From Thermodesulfobacteriota bacterium (GTDB lineage Bacteria; Desulfobacterota_D; UBA1144; Nemesobacterales; Nemesobacteraceae): a stretch of 64,000 nucleotides of DNA. Both the position numbers and the translations under genes were made by a program. The stretch covers positions 1,590,336 to 1,654,335 of the forward strand of contig OZ242002.1 in the NCBI GenBank assembly GCA_965204665.1, in the 5' to 3' direction. Of the stretch, positions 33,314 through 44,645 are shown in pieces; positions within the stretch are counted from its first letter, which is position 1, and every line of letters starts with the position of its first letter. The notes below the pieces were generated by a model, which was given only the letters and a program-made list of their open reading frames with translations, did not search any database and was not told where the DNA came from.

Positions 33314-35107
33314 TCAGTTATCCGTTTGCCCCGTGATGCTTATCCCTACCTCTGTGAGTTGTTCGGGGTCGACTTCGGAAGGCGCGTCAGTAAGGGGGCA
33401 GACTCCTTTCTGGGTCTTCGGAAACGCTATCACGTCTCTTATCGAGTCCGCTCCGGTGAGCAGCATAAGCATCCTGTCAAACCCGAGAGCTATGCCGCCG
33501 TGGGGAGGAGCTCCGAATTCAAGGGCTTCGAGCAGAAACCCGAATTTTCTCCGCATCTCCTCTTCTTCGATCCCTATTACGCCCAACACCTTCTGTTGAA
33601 TATCTTTTCTGTGAATCCTTATGCTTCCGCCGCCGATCTCCACGCCGTTCAACACTATATCATAGGCTTTTGATATAACGGTGCCGGGGGAAGTGGTTAT
33701 TTTCTCCACATCTTCGTCTCTGGGTGCCGTGAAGGGGTGGTGTACGGCCGCATATTTTTTTTCCCGCGGGCTGTAACCGAAAAGTGGAAAATCGACTACC
33801 CATAGAAATTCAAGCCTGCTCAGGTCGATAAGACCGAGAAGTTTTCCCAGGCGAAGTCTGATGTTCGACATGACGAGATTGGCGACATCAGAAGAATCAG
33901 CTCCAAAAAAGATTAAATCTCCTTCTTGAATTCCGAGGGTTCCTGAAAGTTTCTCGCATTCCTTTTCGGAGAGAAACTTTACTATAGGGGACTGCCATCC
34001 TCCGGTTCCGACTCTTATCCACGCAAGCCCCTTCGCTCCGAGCGATACCGCGTATTCGGTCAGGTCGTCTATTTCCTTTCTGGAGAGTTTTTCCGCTCCG
34101 CCCTTGAGGTTGAGCGCCTTTACGGTTCCGCCCTTATCCACGGCTGAACGGAAAACCTTGAACTCGGATTCCGCAAACGCAGAAGAGACATCGACGAGTT
34201 CAAGACCGAATCTCGTATCGGGACAGTCGGTTCCGTACTTCTCCATCGCTTCCGCATAAGATATTCTGGGAAAAGGAATGTTTGTTTCAATCCCCATAAT
34301 TTCTGAAAGCACTGCCTTTATCAGTCTTTCCGTTGAACTTATGACATCGTCTTCCGACACAAACGACATCTCAACGTCTATCTGGGTGAACTCGGGTTGT
34401 CGGTCGGCTCTCAGGTCTTCGTCCCGAAAGCACTTTGCTATTTGATAATACTTGTCAAAGCCGGAGATCATCAGTGTCTGCTTCAAGGTCTGCGGCGACT
34501 GGGGCAGGGCGTAGAATTGTCCTTCGTTCAGCCTGCTCGGCACGAGAAAATCTCTTGCGCCTTCAGGCGTCGGTTTTGTGAAATACGGAGTTTCAATTTC
34601 CAGAAAGCCGTTTTCATTAAAGTATCTGCGTACGGCTGCTGCGAATTTATGACGGAATATTATATTATCCCGCATCACGGGTCTTCTCAGGTCGAGATAA
34701 CGGTGGCGGAGTCTCAGAAGTTCGTCGGAACTCACTTTGTTTTCTATCAGAAAGGGTATCACTTTTGAGGTATTGAGAACTCTTATCTCTTCCGCCGCAA
34801 CCTCAATTTCGCCGGTTTTCAGATTCGGGTTCACTGTTTCTTCTGTTCTCGGGGTTACTTTGCCTTTCACGGCTATCACCCATTCATCGCGGAGATGCTC
34901 GGCTGTCTGATGAAGTTTTTCTCCGCCCTGAGGGTTGAACACCACCTGACAGAGCCCATATCTATCGCGCAGGTCAACGAAGATTACTCCTCCGTGGTCT
35001 CTTCGCGACTGTATCCAGCCCATGAGAGTGACGACGGAGCCGAGATGCTCTTTCCCGAGGTCTCCGCAATAATAAGACCTTTTCCAGTCTCCCATAAGTT
35101 GCAGCAT
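33314..35107 (-). CDS. aspS: Aspartate-tRNA ligase
   Basis: [48 protein letters not shown]; start approximate (ORF extends to 35227). Confidence 0.97.
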   Translation of the reverse strand: MLQLMGDWKRSYYCGDLGKEHLGSVVTLMGWIQSRRDHGGVIFVDLRDRYGLCQVVFNPQGGEKLHQTAEHLRDEWVIAVKGKVTPRTEETVNPNLKTGEIEVAAEEIRVLNTSKVIPFLIENKVSSDELLRLRHRYLDLRRPVMRDNIIFRHKFAAAVRRYFNENGFLEIETPYFTKPTPEGARDFLVPSRLNEGQFYALPQSPQTLKQTLMISGFDKYYQIAKCFRDEDLRADRQPEFTQIDVEMSFVSEDDVISSTERLIKAVLSEIMGIETNIPFPRISYAEAMEKYGTDCPDTRFGLELVDVSSAFAESEFKVFRSAVDKGGTVKALNLKGGAEKLSRKEIDDLTEYAVSLGAKGLAWIRVGTGGWQSPIVKFLSEKECEKLSGTLGIQEGDLIFFGADSSDVANLVMSNIRLRLGKLLGLIDLSRLEFLWVVDFPLFGYSPREKKYAAVHHPFTAPRDEDVEKITTSPGTVISKAYDIVLNGVEIGGGSIRIHRKDIQQKVLGVIGIEEEEMRRKFGFLLEALEFGAPPHGGIALGFDRMLMLLTGADSIRDVIAFPKTQKGVCPLTDAPSEVDPEQLTEVGISITGQTDN

Positions 35108-35459
35108 TGAAGTCACCGTGTTTCCGGTATGAAGGGTGCTAAGAATACTAGATTGATTTATGTTGGCAAGATGCGCCGGCGAGGATGTCCGGCCAACGTG
35201 TCGGAAATAGAGCGAATCGGCCGTCAAATTGCCTCAATATGACGTGGTATGAATTTAATCTCGTTAAATTAAGATTCACTTCACTGTTATGAAGACCGCT
35301 GCCTTGACAACCCGTCTCTCGGTTTTATGTGGAATGCAGTTCCCGAAAAACCGCTGCAGCGCAAACGTTACTTCTCTACCTTGTTTTTTTCTCCTTCTTA
35401 AATATAGTTTTAGCGCATAAGTTCTTGACCGATGCTCAAATATTAGGGAGTTGTGATCG

Positions 35460-36221
35460 ATGAGGAAAAAAAGTCTATTATTTTTAACGGGTATTGTCTG
35501 TCTCGCTTTTCTTATAACTAGTTGCGCGGCTACCAGAACACTGATCAAGAAAAGGAATCTCCTTGTTGAAACCAAGATGTCGGAGACGATTTTCCTCGAC
35601 CCTGTTTCTCCTGAACAAAGAGTTGCGTATGTCGATATAAGAAATACGAGCGACAAAGACCTGCCGGAAATTGAATCCGGAATCAAAGGCAAGATAGTTT
35701 CCAACGGTTATAGAATCACGGAAGATCCGGCCGAGGCGAATTTCATTCTCCAGGCCAATATTCTTCAGGTTGGTAAATCCGATGCTGACGAGGCGAATTC
35801 CATGCTCGGAGACGGCTATCAGGGTGTGATTGAGGGAGCTGTTCTCGGAGGTGTAATAGGGGGTGCTATCGGTGGAGATGTTGACGATTTCAATAAAGGC
35901 ACTGTTGTCGGGGGTGTAGTCGGTGCAGCGGCGGGTTTTATTTTTGACTCTCTTGTATCGGATGTACTGTTCACTATGGTGACGGACATACAGGTAAGGT
36001 CGCGTACGAGTGAAGGGGAGTTTGTTCAGCAGACTGAGGATACTGAGGCTTCCCAAGGCACTGCGACGCGGGTCAGACAGACATCAAGTGTTGACGGCGT
36101 GGAGTGGAAGATATACAGGACCAGGGTTGTCAGCATAGCCAACAAGTCAAATCTGGATTTTGAGCAGGCGAAGCCGTATCTTCAGTCGGGTCTTGTGAAT
36201 TCTATAGGCGGGATTTTCTAA
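35460..36221 (+). CDS. traT: TraT-family complement-resistance/surface-exclusion lipoprotein
   Basis: Lipobox ITSC, IKKRNL.VETKMSETIFLDP, IRNTSDK, ILQANILQVG, glycine-zipper segment, YRTRVVSIANK. Confidence 0.88.
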   Translation: MRKKSLLFLTGIVCLAFLITSCAATRTLIKKRNLLVETKMSETIFLDPVSPEQRVAYVDIRNTSDKDLPEIESGIKGKIVSNGYRITEDPAEANFILQANILQVGKSDADEANSMLGDGYQGVIEGAVLGGVIGGAIGGDVDDFNKGTVVGGVVGAAAGFIFDSLVSDVLFTMVTDIQVRSRTSEGEFVQQTEDTEASQGTATRVRQTSSVDGVEWKIYRTRVVSIANKSNLDFEQAKPYLQSGLVNSIGGIF

Positions 36222-36414
36222 CACCCGTTGCAGTTGTTGACAACGGGCAGTTTTAATTGGTCGAAACCTCGAAAGCGTCTTTCGTATGTGCTCTTCCTGC
36301 CTGCACCTGAAATAAAAACACTCAGGGTTCTTACTTCGTTGTTTCCCGCACAAAGAAACAGGCGTGGTGAAGTTATTTGAAAATCTTTATCAGAACGGAG
36401 CAACATCTGTCCCC

Positions 36415-36443
36415 AGTGTTGCACTTCGAAGTTTAATGAGCGA
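36415..36443 (-). repeat. Dispersed repeat A copy
   Basis: Reverse complement tcgctcattaaacttcgaagtgcaacact, 28/29 identical to 3078-3106. Confidence 0.85.
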
Positions 36444-36620
36444 CTGATAAAATGCTGTATGGTGATGTATATTTCTGACAGCGGTCGGGGTAAGAGAGCA
36501 GGGTACAAGTTACAGAAATCCGTCATCAGATGCGGCAGACGAATACCGGTTGATTTCAACGCTACTTCGGCGAAACAATACACAGCAAGATAAAAAGCGT
36601 TATGCAGCGGATGGTTCGTA

Positions 36621-37286
36621 ATGCCCCGTAGAAAAGCTGTCGTGATCTCACCTCATCCTGACGACCTTGAGATAGGTATGGGTGGAACCGTCTGTATGCT
36701 TCTCGAAAAAGGCGTAGAAGTTCTTTCCGTAATAGTCACCGATGGGCGACGGTGCGCAAATCCGATGGGGTTGATGCAGAATGAACTCATAGCAGCAAGG
36801 GAACGAGAAGCGAGAAAATCATCAGAAATACTCGGTGTGGAACTCCGTTTTCTCGGTTTCGGCGATATGGAATCGGATGACAACAAAAGTGAATTTTCCA
36901 CTCGGATGCGGGATATAATGGTACAGTTCCGCCCGGACGAAATATATATTCCTCACCCGGAGGTGGACAAGCATAGAACTCACAGAACAGTTTCCCGACT
37001 TGTTCTTGATTGTCTGGATGCGGTGACGAAGAAAGGCGGTTCCGAGTGTGAGTGCTGGTGCTACGAAGTATGGACTCCATTTTCCTCATATGACCGCATT
37101 GAGGACATAACCCCTTTTGCCGACCTTAAACGCAGGGCAATAGAAGCCCACGTAAGCCAGACTGCTTACAAGGACTATACTGACGGAATAATGGGTCTTA
37201 ACAGATACAGGGGAACTTTTAACGATACGGCAGACGGCTTCGCCCCGACTTGGGCCGAGGTTTTCATAAAATACGACTTCCGATGA
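36621..37286 (+). CDS. PIG-L/LmbE family deacetylase
   Basis: SPHPDDLEIGMGG, VTDG, REREA, KRRAIEAHVSQ. Confidence 0.9.
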   Translation: MPRRKAVVISPHPDDLEIGMGGTVCMLLEKGVEVLSVIVTDGRRCANPMGLMQNELIAAREREARKSSEILGVELRFLGFGDMESDDNKSEFSTRMRDIMVQFRPDEIYIPHPEVDKHRTHRTVSRLVLDCLDAVTKKGGSECECWCYEVWTPFSSYDRIEDITPFADLKRRAIEAHVSQTAYKDYTDGIMGLNRYRGTFNDTADGFAPTWAEVFIKYDFR

Positions 37287-37594
37287 TTCTATCTAGGGAT
37301 GTATTTTTTCTATCCTGAGAAACTTTCTTTAGAATTTCATATTCTATTCAATCCAACTCCGTTTCAGACTGAATTGTACCAAAAACGACTTTTTCGCGCC
37401 TGTTGAGTTTAATAGGCGAGATCAATGGAAGAGCCTGTTATATATAGATCATCCAGCTGAAAACTCACCACACCCAAAAAATAAAAACCCTATCTTCAAC
37501 TTGGTGAAGTATCCGGATTGATGCTTTGACAACCACATCACTGATTGCACGGAATACGGTCGCGGAATCCGAATAAATTCCATAGCGCACTGAT

Positions 37595-38545
37595 TCATAA
37601 TTGCTGAATGCAGGCATTAACCCGTCTGGGCAGCCTATCTGAAAATGATTTCAGGAGAGTAGACGACATTTTTTCCAAATAGCCTTTGGCTGACGAATAA
37701 TTTTTCTTCGTCATACCCTTCTCAAGCAGAACTGAAAGTGCAACTGCAACTGATATTTGCATCAAAAACGCTCCGGGAAGTAAAAGAAGCGCCCCGTAAA
37801 CAACCGAAGCTTTTACAATTCCTTCCGCCGCCGCCCGAGCATTAAGATCAGTTCCGGTTGCAATTGCATATCCAACAGAGGATATTGCGACTAAAGCAAG
37901 AATCGGATTGGCGGAAAGAATTCCTACGATTCCTATTGCGCCGACTGCCTTGGACAATTTCTCAATCTGTCCTGTTCTGAGGAAATACACCACCGCCGCT
38001 ACCGATATCCCCGCTGAGAACAACTCAACAGCATCATAAGATAGAGCATCGTAAGTCCAGTTCTTCCCAATTCCATACTCATTCAAACTGCCGGATAGAG
38101 AATCATAGGTCTGCTTCTCCATAGTCCCGAAGGGCAACCCTTTCAGGGTAGTTACATCTTTCCACAGCGCTTCCAATAATCCGCTAACCTTCTCTATGTT
38201 TGAGCATTCGGTTTTGGCGCACATATCGGCGATGTTCGACCAAGCTCCCCCGAGGGTATGTCCCCCATCGAATAATCTGTGATTGCCTCCACCCACACCA
38301 TTTCGTAAATATTCAGCGTCTAATGCCTTATCGAATTTCGTGGTTGCAGATGCTGTTACGTTTTTAAGCTCGTTAAGCCATTGAGTTTGAGCCAGAACAG
38401 GTAGAAGGGTTGGAAGATTATCCGCCGTTCTGTCCGCAAAACCCTTTGTGGCAGATAAGGCAGCAACCGCTTCTTTTCTCAGATGACGCAATCCCTTCTT
38501 TCCCTTCTTATGGATGCGATTGATTCTTTCGTCGGTAATTTTCAT
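37595..38545 (-). CDS. Hypothetical membrane protein
   Basis: Long ORF with GGAGG RBS before MKITD; NHRLFDGGH motif and several C-terminal hydrophobic helices; family not recognised. Confidence 0.65.
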   Translation of the reverse strand: MKITDERINRIHKKGKKGLRHLRKEAVAALSATKGFADRTADNLPTLLPVLAQTQWLNELKNVTASATTKFDKALDAEYLRNGVGGGNHRLFDGGHTLGGAWSNIADMCAKTECSNIEKVSGLLEALWKDVTTLKGLPFGTMEKQTYDSLSGSLNEYGIGKNWTYDALSYDAVELFSAGISVAAVVYFLRTGQIEKLSKAVGAIGIVGILSANPILALVAISSVGYAIATGTDLNARAAAEGIVKASVVYGALLLLPGAFLMQISVAVALSVLLEKGMTKKNYSSAKGYLEKMSSTLLKSFSDRLPRRVNACIQQL

Positions 38546-38852
38546 TTTCAATTCCTCCGCTCGAAAAACCATGTACACAATCCCCAAGTATCTGCATAAG
38601 CAAATTATCCGGCTCATTCCGAAGTTTCTTCACCAGTCCGCAGGTGATCTCGGTAATGTCTTTTCGTTCTTTTGTTCTGCTGATGACCACTTCGGAAAGT
38701 TCATTTATCACGGCTTTATATGTTGAACTTTCGGCCATGGCTCTAAGCGTCTTCTTGTGGAGTCTGTCAAAATAGCCCAATTTGAAGTTCACCAGTTTAA
38801 CGGTGTCCGCAGCCAGCAGCGCAAAAATGGCATCTTGCTCTCTTAAATTCAT
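38508..38852 (-). CDS. Hypothetical protein
   Basis: AGGAGG RBS before MNLREQD; overlaps the start of the next gene. Confidence 0.5.
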   Translation of the reverse strand: MNLREQDAIFALLAADTVKLVNFKLGYFDRLHKKTLRAMAESSTYKAVINELSEVVISRTKERKDITEITCGLVKKLRNEPDNLLMQILGDCVHGFSSGGIENENYRRKNQSHP

Positions 38853-39689
38853 AGACACACCTCCTTGTGCAGGGCGGTTTTCCGCCTTATATTCTTTGGA
38901 CATGTTTACTAACTTCTTGGTTGTTTATATTTTCTCAATTCTTTTATTGTTTCCCTTCAATCATCTCCTTGTTTCAAGCACATACCATTGCAAATAACAT
39001 CCAGACTAAACCCCTGTTATCGTAAGTGTAAAAAAATCGACAGCAAACTGTATCACGGTCGGCTTGTTTTCTTTGTCGTTGCAGCAACATCTGTTGCAGC
39101 AACATTCTTTCTCGTTCATCAGTGTGATTCCCTCCCTTTCTTTTTTCTCTTAAAACAGCCGGTTTTTTCTTCCTTTTTCAGCAGCTTACTCGTCTCCACC
39201 ACCACAACTTTACGCATCACAGAAAGCGCAGTTACTTGAACGAATCCAGATCCAATTCGTACATCATGCTCAACATATCCAACCTCCTTTCTCGGTACGC
39301 CCATTGCAAACAGAGATTTGATATAACTCCCCGCCTATGTGTCGATAAGACAGCAGGAGGGTAAGAACATTGCCGTGTACGTTTCAGTCGTGTCTGGGTA
39401 GACAGCAGGTTTTTCGCGGCAGATACTCGTGTTGTGGGTGCTTGGTGCGGTTTCTATAACACCGCAAGCACAGTGCCAATGTGGAGTCGGCACCTTAGAA
39501 ATTATCTGCAATAGTATAACCGAACTATCCGGTTTGTCAAGTGGCACTGCCGATAAGATCACCCATAGACATGAAATTACTCTGAAAAATGGATGAAACC
39601 GTGTGAGTTGCATTCAAAAACAGATGTGTTTTTTTCGGAAGTTCGGTTCAGGTCTTAAACTTCTTTTTTCATTCGGTCATTCAGAAAAA

Positions 39690-40334
39690 TCATTTCAGTA
39701 TCTCTCCGGTTTTTTCACTCCAGAGGAAAAGATCCATCTCGTCGAAATCAAATCCGTTTTTCTCTGAAAACATCCTGAACCTCTCTTCAATTTCGAGGTA
39801 TTCGGATCTTGTTCGCGCAGGGCGAGGAGATTCTATTATCCCGAGTTCGTGAAGACATTCGAGTATGTGTTTATCAAGTATCGCGTAACCACGAAACCCG
39901 ATGTTTCTGAGGAAATGGCTTGCCTCTTTGAATCCCAGTCCCTTTATACCTTTTTCAAGCGCGAAAAAGTCTCTTCTCTCGATAGGGTCTTCAAACGACA
40001 GAAGGACCGGCCTGAGTTCTCCTCCGTGCATGCGGGTGAGATATTCTCTTGTGGAGACGACGTGTTTTGCCCGGATGTTCGGGAATCTGTAAATTCCCCG
40101 AAGTCTTTTGCTTAATTCTTTATCGTCTGCATCTGAGAGTATGTCCTTTACGGCAGCAATGGCGTTCAACCCCATTTTCGCGCTTGTTCCTGCAGTGAAT
40201 ATGCAGAAGACCAATTCTTCGAAAAGTATTTTCTCCGAAGCGTCGAGGAAAACATTTTCAAATTTCTTCAGCCGGTTTCTGATCTCCGGGACTTTGAGCG
40301 GATAATTCTCCCTGATCAACCTGACTGTCAACAT
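39690..40334 (-). CDS. ogg: 8-oxoguanine DNA glycosylase/AP lyase (Ogg2-type N-glycosylase/DNA lyase)
   Basis: ELVFCIFTA, RFPNIRA, GLGFKEASHFLRNIG..AILDKHIL, terminal TGEILK. Confidence 0.85.
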   Translation of the reverse strand: MLTVRLIRENYPLKVPEIRNRLKKFENVFLDASEKILFEELVFCIFTAGTSAKMGLNAIAAVKDILSDADDKELSKRLRGIYRFPNIRAKHVVSTREYLTRMHGGELRPVLLSFEDPIERRDFFALEKGIKGLGFKEASHFLRNIGFRGYAILDKHILECLHELGIIESPRPARTRSEYLEIEERFRMFSEKNGFDFDEMDLFLWSEKTGEILK

Positions 40335-40343
40335 CCGAGAGAT

Positions 40344-41879
40344 TTATTTATAGATAAGAAGTCTTTTCCCGGCGATCAGCAGATCTGAAGAAAGGTTGTT
40401 CCACTTCTTGATCTGGGAGACCGACACCCTGTAGCTGCGGGCCAGTCCGCCGAGAGTATCTCCACGTTTTATCTCATGGCTTATTTTTCTGGGCGAGGGG
40501 GAAGAGATTCCGTAGCCTTGAGGAATATTAAGGGTCCTTCCCGCTATTATAAGCGAACTTGTCATTCCGTTCGCCTGCTTTATAGCTTTGACGGAGGTTC
40601 GGTATCTTCTTGCTATTGAAGAGATTGTCTCTCCTGGGCGGATTCGATGCTTTACATAAGTGCCGCTGACTCCGTGGCGGATTCGAAGTCTCTGTCCCGG
40701 ATGTATGGTGGAGCTGGATGAAAGATGGTTCATATGTTTGAGATTCGTCACCGTTGTGCCGAATCTTCTTGCTATCTTCCATAGGTTGTCATTCGGTCTT
40801 ACCCGGTAGTAAACCGGCGGAATTCCGAAAGGTTCTCTGAGATTCGGAAGGCTCGCCACTTCATTTCTCATCTCAAAGAGTTTGGCTCCGTATCCTTTCG
40901 GTACCTTGAGCTCATAGTTTCCTCCGGGAGGGGTTGAAAGCCCGATAAGAGAGGGATTGAGTCTATATATCTCTTTTTTGTTTATTCCGAGCAGAGATGC
41001 GATTTCAGCCAGGCTTTTTCTTGAAGGAACTGTTGCGGTTTCGTAATTTTTTTCTACTGTTCCATCTGTTCTTAAACCGTAACGTTCGGGGTTTCTGGCT
41101 ATTATCAGCGCCGCGTAGAACTGCGGCAGATAGTTTCTGGTCTCCCGAGGAAGTTTTCTTGAAAGTTTCCAGAAATTCCTGGAGCCGGTTCTATAGATGG
41201 CTCTTTCCACCCTTCCTTCTCCGCAGTTGTAGCCGGCAAGAGCAAGTTCCCAGGAGTCGAAGTCGTTGTGCATTTTCTTAAGATACCGGGCTGCAGCTAC
41301 GGTTGACTTCTCGGGGTCCATTCTTTCATCCACCCAATCGTTTATCTTGAGTCCGTACCGAATCCCCGTAGGTTTTATGAACTGCCAGAGTCCTACGGCT
41401 TTCCGCCTTGAGACGGCATCAACCTTAAACGCGCTTTCTATAAGAGGCAGGTAGGCGATATCAGTTGGGACTCCTTCCTCGCGCAGGGTCTCTTTTATTT
41501 CGGGAAGAAAAGGAATGGATCTGTTGAGAGTTCTTGTGAAATTCCTTCTACCTTTTCCTGTAAAATAGGTTATAAAGCGCTTTACCTTCGCGTTCTCTAT
41601 AATTGGAAGACTTAAATCCTCTTCCGTTTCTTCGGGGACGGAAGAAGGTGTCTGTGGTATCTGCGTTATTCCAGGGTCCCGCGGAGACGGCTCAAGTTCC
41701 TGCGGATTTGTTTCAGACTCCTGCAGCGGTATCTCGGGTTGCGTGTCTTCTGTGACCTCGTACGGCTTCTGCGGTTTTTCAGTTGCTACAGGTTGTCTCG
41801 TCGTATAAGAGCAGGACAGGGAAAAAACCGCTGCGCTGCACACAATCACAGCAACTAGTAACTTAATACAATTTCCCAT
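40344..41879 (-). CDS. mltD: Membrane-bound lytic murein transglycosylase with three LysM domains
   Basis: IESAF, AVGLWQF, AGYNCGEG, LPRETRNY, LysM repeats; start approximate. Confidence 0.9.
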   Translation of the reverse strand: MGNCIKLLVAVIVCSAAVFSLSCSYTTRQPVATEKPQKPYEVTEDTQPEIPLQESETNPQELEPSPRDPGITQIPQTPSSVPEETEEDLSLPIIENAKVKRFITYFTGKGRRNFTRTLNRSIPFLPEIKETLREEGVPTDIAYLPLIESAFKVDAVSRRKAVGLWQFIKPTGIRYGLKINDWVDERMDPEKSTVAAARYLKKMHNDFDSWELALAGYNCGEGRVERAIYRTGSRNFWKLSRKLPRETRNYLPQFYAALIIARNPERYGLRTDGTVEKNYETATVPSRKSLAEIASLLGINKKEIYRLNPSLIGLSTPPGGNYELKVPKGYGAKLFEMRNEVASLPNLREPFGIPPVYYRVRPNDNLWKIARRFGTTVTNLKHMNHLSSSSTIHPGQRLRIRHGVSGTYVKHRIRPGETISSIARRYRTSVKAIKQANGMTSSLIIAGRTLNIPQGYGISSPSPRKISHEIKRGDTLGGLARSYRVSVSQIKKWNNLSSDLLIAGKRLLIYK

Positions 41880-42103
41880 CAGGCAAATTCCGGACATTCG
41901 GAGGCGTTGCAAAATCAGATTATCTGGATTGCGTAATCCGATTTTATAAAGTGATGACTGTTCTTCTTTAACAGTATGTTGTGATATTCTAACTATGGAA
42001 TATATGTTTAGTCAACCACTTATCTCCGAGAACTTCCAAGCATCTGTTTTTACGGAATTTTCGGCGTAATACGACTTTTGATCTTATATGACAGGAAAAT
42101 CAA

Positions 42104-43213
42104 TTGAGCAAAAAAAACATCGCAGTTCTCTTCGGCGGCATCTCGGTCGAACACGAGATATCGCTTGTTTCCTCAAGGTTCGTCTTTGAAAACCTTGATC
42201 CTTCCAGATTTGATGCCGTTGCTGTTTTCATTTCAAAAGACGGTAAATGGCGGAGGGCATTGATCGAAGACTGGCCGGAAGGAAAAGCGCCGGCTCTGGT
42301 TCCCGATTCGGAGCTTGTCGCCGTGTTTTCATCTTCTACACCCGGTCGTTTTATTGAGATAACCGGGGGTAAAATCGGGAAAACCTTTTCCGTGGACGTT
42401 ATTTTCCCCGCTCTTCACGGTACGTTCGGTGAGGATGGCACAGTTCAGGGTCTTGCCGATCTTATGGGAGTTGCGTGCGTGGGAGCGGATGTGTTGGGGT
42501 CTGCTGTATGCATGGACAAGATAGTTTCAAAAACCATTCTGAGAGCCAGAGGATTACCTGTCGTTCCTTTCCTTGACTTTATGAAAACCGATTGGAGTGA
42601 TGAAAGGCAGAAGATTGTCCGCCGTATTCGGGAGGAAATCGGGTTTCCGTGTTTTGTTAAATGTTCCAATTTGGGTTCGAGCGTCGGGATATACAAGGTT
42701 GACTCCTCGGAGTCTACTTCAGAGGTTGTGGACAGAGCTTTCGAGTTCTCGCATAGAGTTCTGGTCGAGCGTGCGGTTGTGGATCCGAGAGAAGTGGAGG
42801 TGGGAGTCATAGGGAACATCCCGCCGCGGGTTTCTGATCCGGGGGAACTTCTACTGGGAGGAGATTTTTACGATTATTCGAGAAAGTACGGGGATGATAT
42901 GGTGGAGTTCCGCATCCCGTGCGAACTTGCTCCGGGGCTGCGGAAAAGAATCAAGAAACTTACTGTTCAGTCCTGCTCGGTTCTGGGTTGCGGCGGCATG
43001 GCTAGAGTGGATTTTCTCGTTTCCGGTAGTGACGAAGTGTTTGTGAGCGAGGTGAACACCATCCCAGGTCTTACTCCGGCGAGTATGTATCCCAAACTGC
43101 TTGAGACCGAAGGCTTCAGCGCGGAAAAGATGATTGACACTCTGATTTCTCTCGCTGAGGATCGATACCGGGCAAAAAAAAATCTCAGGACGGACTTTTC
43201 CTCTTCCGGGTAG
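42104..43213 (+). CDS. ddl: D-alanine-D-alanine ligase
   Basis: FGGISVEHEISL, LHGTFGEDG, GSSVG, FYDY, EVNTIPG. Confidence 0.95.
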   Translation: MSKKNIAVLFGGISVEHEISLVSSRFVFENLDPSRFDAVAVFISKDGKWRRALIEDWPEGKAPALVPDSELVAVFSSSTPGRFIEITGGKIGKTFSVDVIFPALHGTFGEDGTVQGLADLMGVACVGADVLGSAVCMDKIVSKTILRARGLPVVPFLDFMKTDWSDERQKIVRRIREEIGFPCFVKCSNLGSSVGIYKVDSSESTSEVVDRAFEFSHRVLVERAVVDPREVEVGVIGNIPPRVSDPGELLLGGDFYDYSRKYGDDMVEFRIPCELAPGLRKRIKKLTVQSCSVLGCGGMARVDFLVSGSDEVFVSEVNTIPGLTPASMYPKLLETEGFSAEKMIDTLISLAEDRYRAKKNLRTDFSSSG

Positions 43214-43217
43214 AGAA

Positions 43218-44129
43218 CTACTTGCCGAGAATATCCTCTTTTTTCTGTCCACGGAAAAGCACCAGGAATACAACTCCTACAATTATTGAAGCTCCTCCGG
43301 CAAGTTTTATCGGTGAAGGTAGGTCGTCGAACAGAAAATGGGCGAATATCAGTACGAAGATGGATTCCATAGGCATAACCGCCGTAGTTCTTGAAATGTC
43401 GAGCAGTTTTATGGCGTGGAACTGACTTGCTTTCGCTATGTAAGCTCCGCACGCTCCTCCGAAAGCCATCATCAGCGCCTGTCTTGAATTGGGCGGGCTG
43501 AATGAGCCTGTTGTAATCAGGTAGATGAAAAGAACTATTGAAACCCCGAGCGCCCTGAGAGTCGCTACAGTGAGCATGTTCAGGTCCTGCGCTATTTTTT
43601 TCACTAGAAAGGAGAGGAAAGAATAGAGAAACGCGGCTGAAACGGCCATCACCGTTCCGAAGATCAGATAGCCCTCCTTCTGGTAGGCGACCACTATTCC
43701 TCCCGCCACTGTCATGAACACTCCGATGCTCTCCCATCTGTTGAGCCTCTCCCCCAGAAACGCTATGCCGAGCAGAAGGGCAAAAAGCGTCTGCGCTTTC
43801 ATAAGAAAGGATGTGAGGGCGGGTCCGATTGTCCAGAGAGCTATCATCCACAACGCGGCTCCGGCTGAGGTTATCAGGGAACTCCAGATAAAGATATTGC
43901 GGTACTGCCGGATTCTTTTGAGTTCTTTTCTCTGTGCACGCAGAAAGGGAAATAATATCATGGCGACCACGAACGCTCCGAAAAACCAGAAAAACGTTGT
44001 GGTCTCCGGATGCAGATCGCTCCTCTCAAGCGCTTTTCCTATTGCATAGGATAGGGCGGTAAAAAAAGCGGTGGCTACAAGAAGCAGATAGCCTTTTATC
44101 GGAAGTTTTTCTTTTTTTTCATTTTTCAT
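43218..44129 (-). CDS. EamA/DMT family transporter
   Basis: About 10 TM helices in two repeats; FLGERL. Confidence 0.85.
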   Translation of the reverse strand: MKNEKKEKLPIKGYLLLVATAFFTALSYAIGKALERSDLHPETTTFFWFFGAFVVAMILFPFLRAQRKELKRIRQYRNIFIWSSLITSAGAALWMIALWTIGPALTSFLMKAQTLFALLLGIAFLGERLNRWESIGVFMTVAGGIVVAYQKEGYLIFGTVMAVSAAFLYSFLSFLVKKIAQDLNMLTVATLRALGVSIVLFIYLITTGSFSPPNSRQALMMAFGGACGAYIAKASQFHAIKLLDISRTTAVMPMESIFVLIFAHFLFDDLPSPIKLAGGASIIVGVVFLVLFRGQKKEDILGK

Positions 44130-44179
44130 ACAAGAACCGTTTCTTTGAATCGTTTCAAGAGTTTTTTCTTCTCCATGCC

Positions 44180-44645
44180 TCGAGCGGTTATTCCCCGCCG
44201 AATATATTGTGCTGGATTCTGAAGAACTCGGCCGAAATGCGCATGTGGAAGTGCTGCTGCAATTTCTGAGTTCCGCATTCCGACCTTTACGGATATCGTT
44301 TTACAACCGCTTTCCGAAAATCCCGTTACTTTCACCGCTGCGGCAAGGACTGATGCTCCGTTAAACTCCATGTTCAGGGACACTATTATCGTCATCACAA
44401 ACGCTATTGCAACTGAAGATGCAGACCGAAGACTGAAGAAAGGGTAGTATCGTCTCTGATTTTTTTCCTGCTGTTGAAGCAACAAAATCTTGAGCACAGA
44501 TGAGGAAGATTCTGCAATTGGAACATAGGTGCTGATTAAACGTACAAGCGCGCCGGCAGGGGAAAAGGGCGACATAAAGAGTTATGTTGTCGGAATCCGA
44601 ACAAGTGTTCCTGAAAGGGCCGGACCTCACATTGCCGTTTGCGTC
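44180..44645 (-). pseudogene. Degraded bile acid:sodium symporter (BASS) family gene
   Basis: KTISVKVGMRNSEIAAALPHAHF resembles the BASS TISIEVGMQNSGLAAALA motif; short, broken frames; bounds approximate. Confidence 0.55.

Noticed and set aside
36222-36235. Possible left end pairing with repeat A at 36415-36443
   Set aside because: Five mismatches in 14 bp and also part of a local hairpin after traT; too weak
39690-40334. Archaeal-type Ogg as a novelty
   Set aside because: The family is already known in several bacterial lineages
42967-43851. 294-aa minus-strand ORF
   Set aside because: Alternative frame overlapping the EamA gene and ddl; no protein-like features
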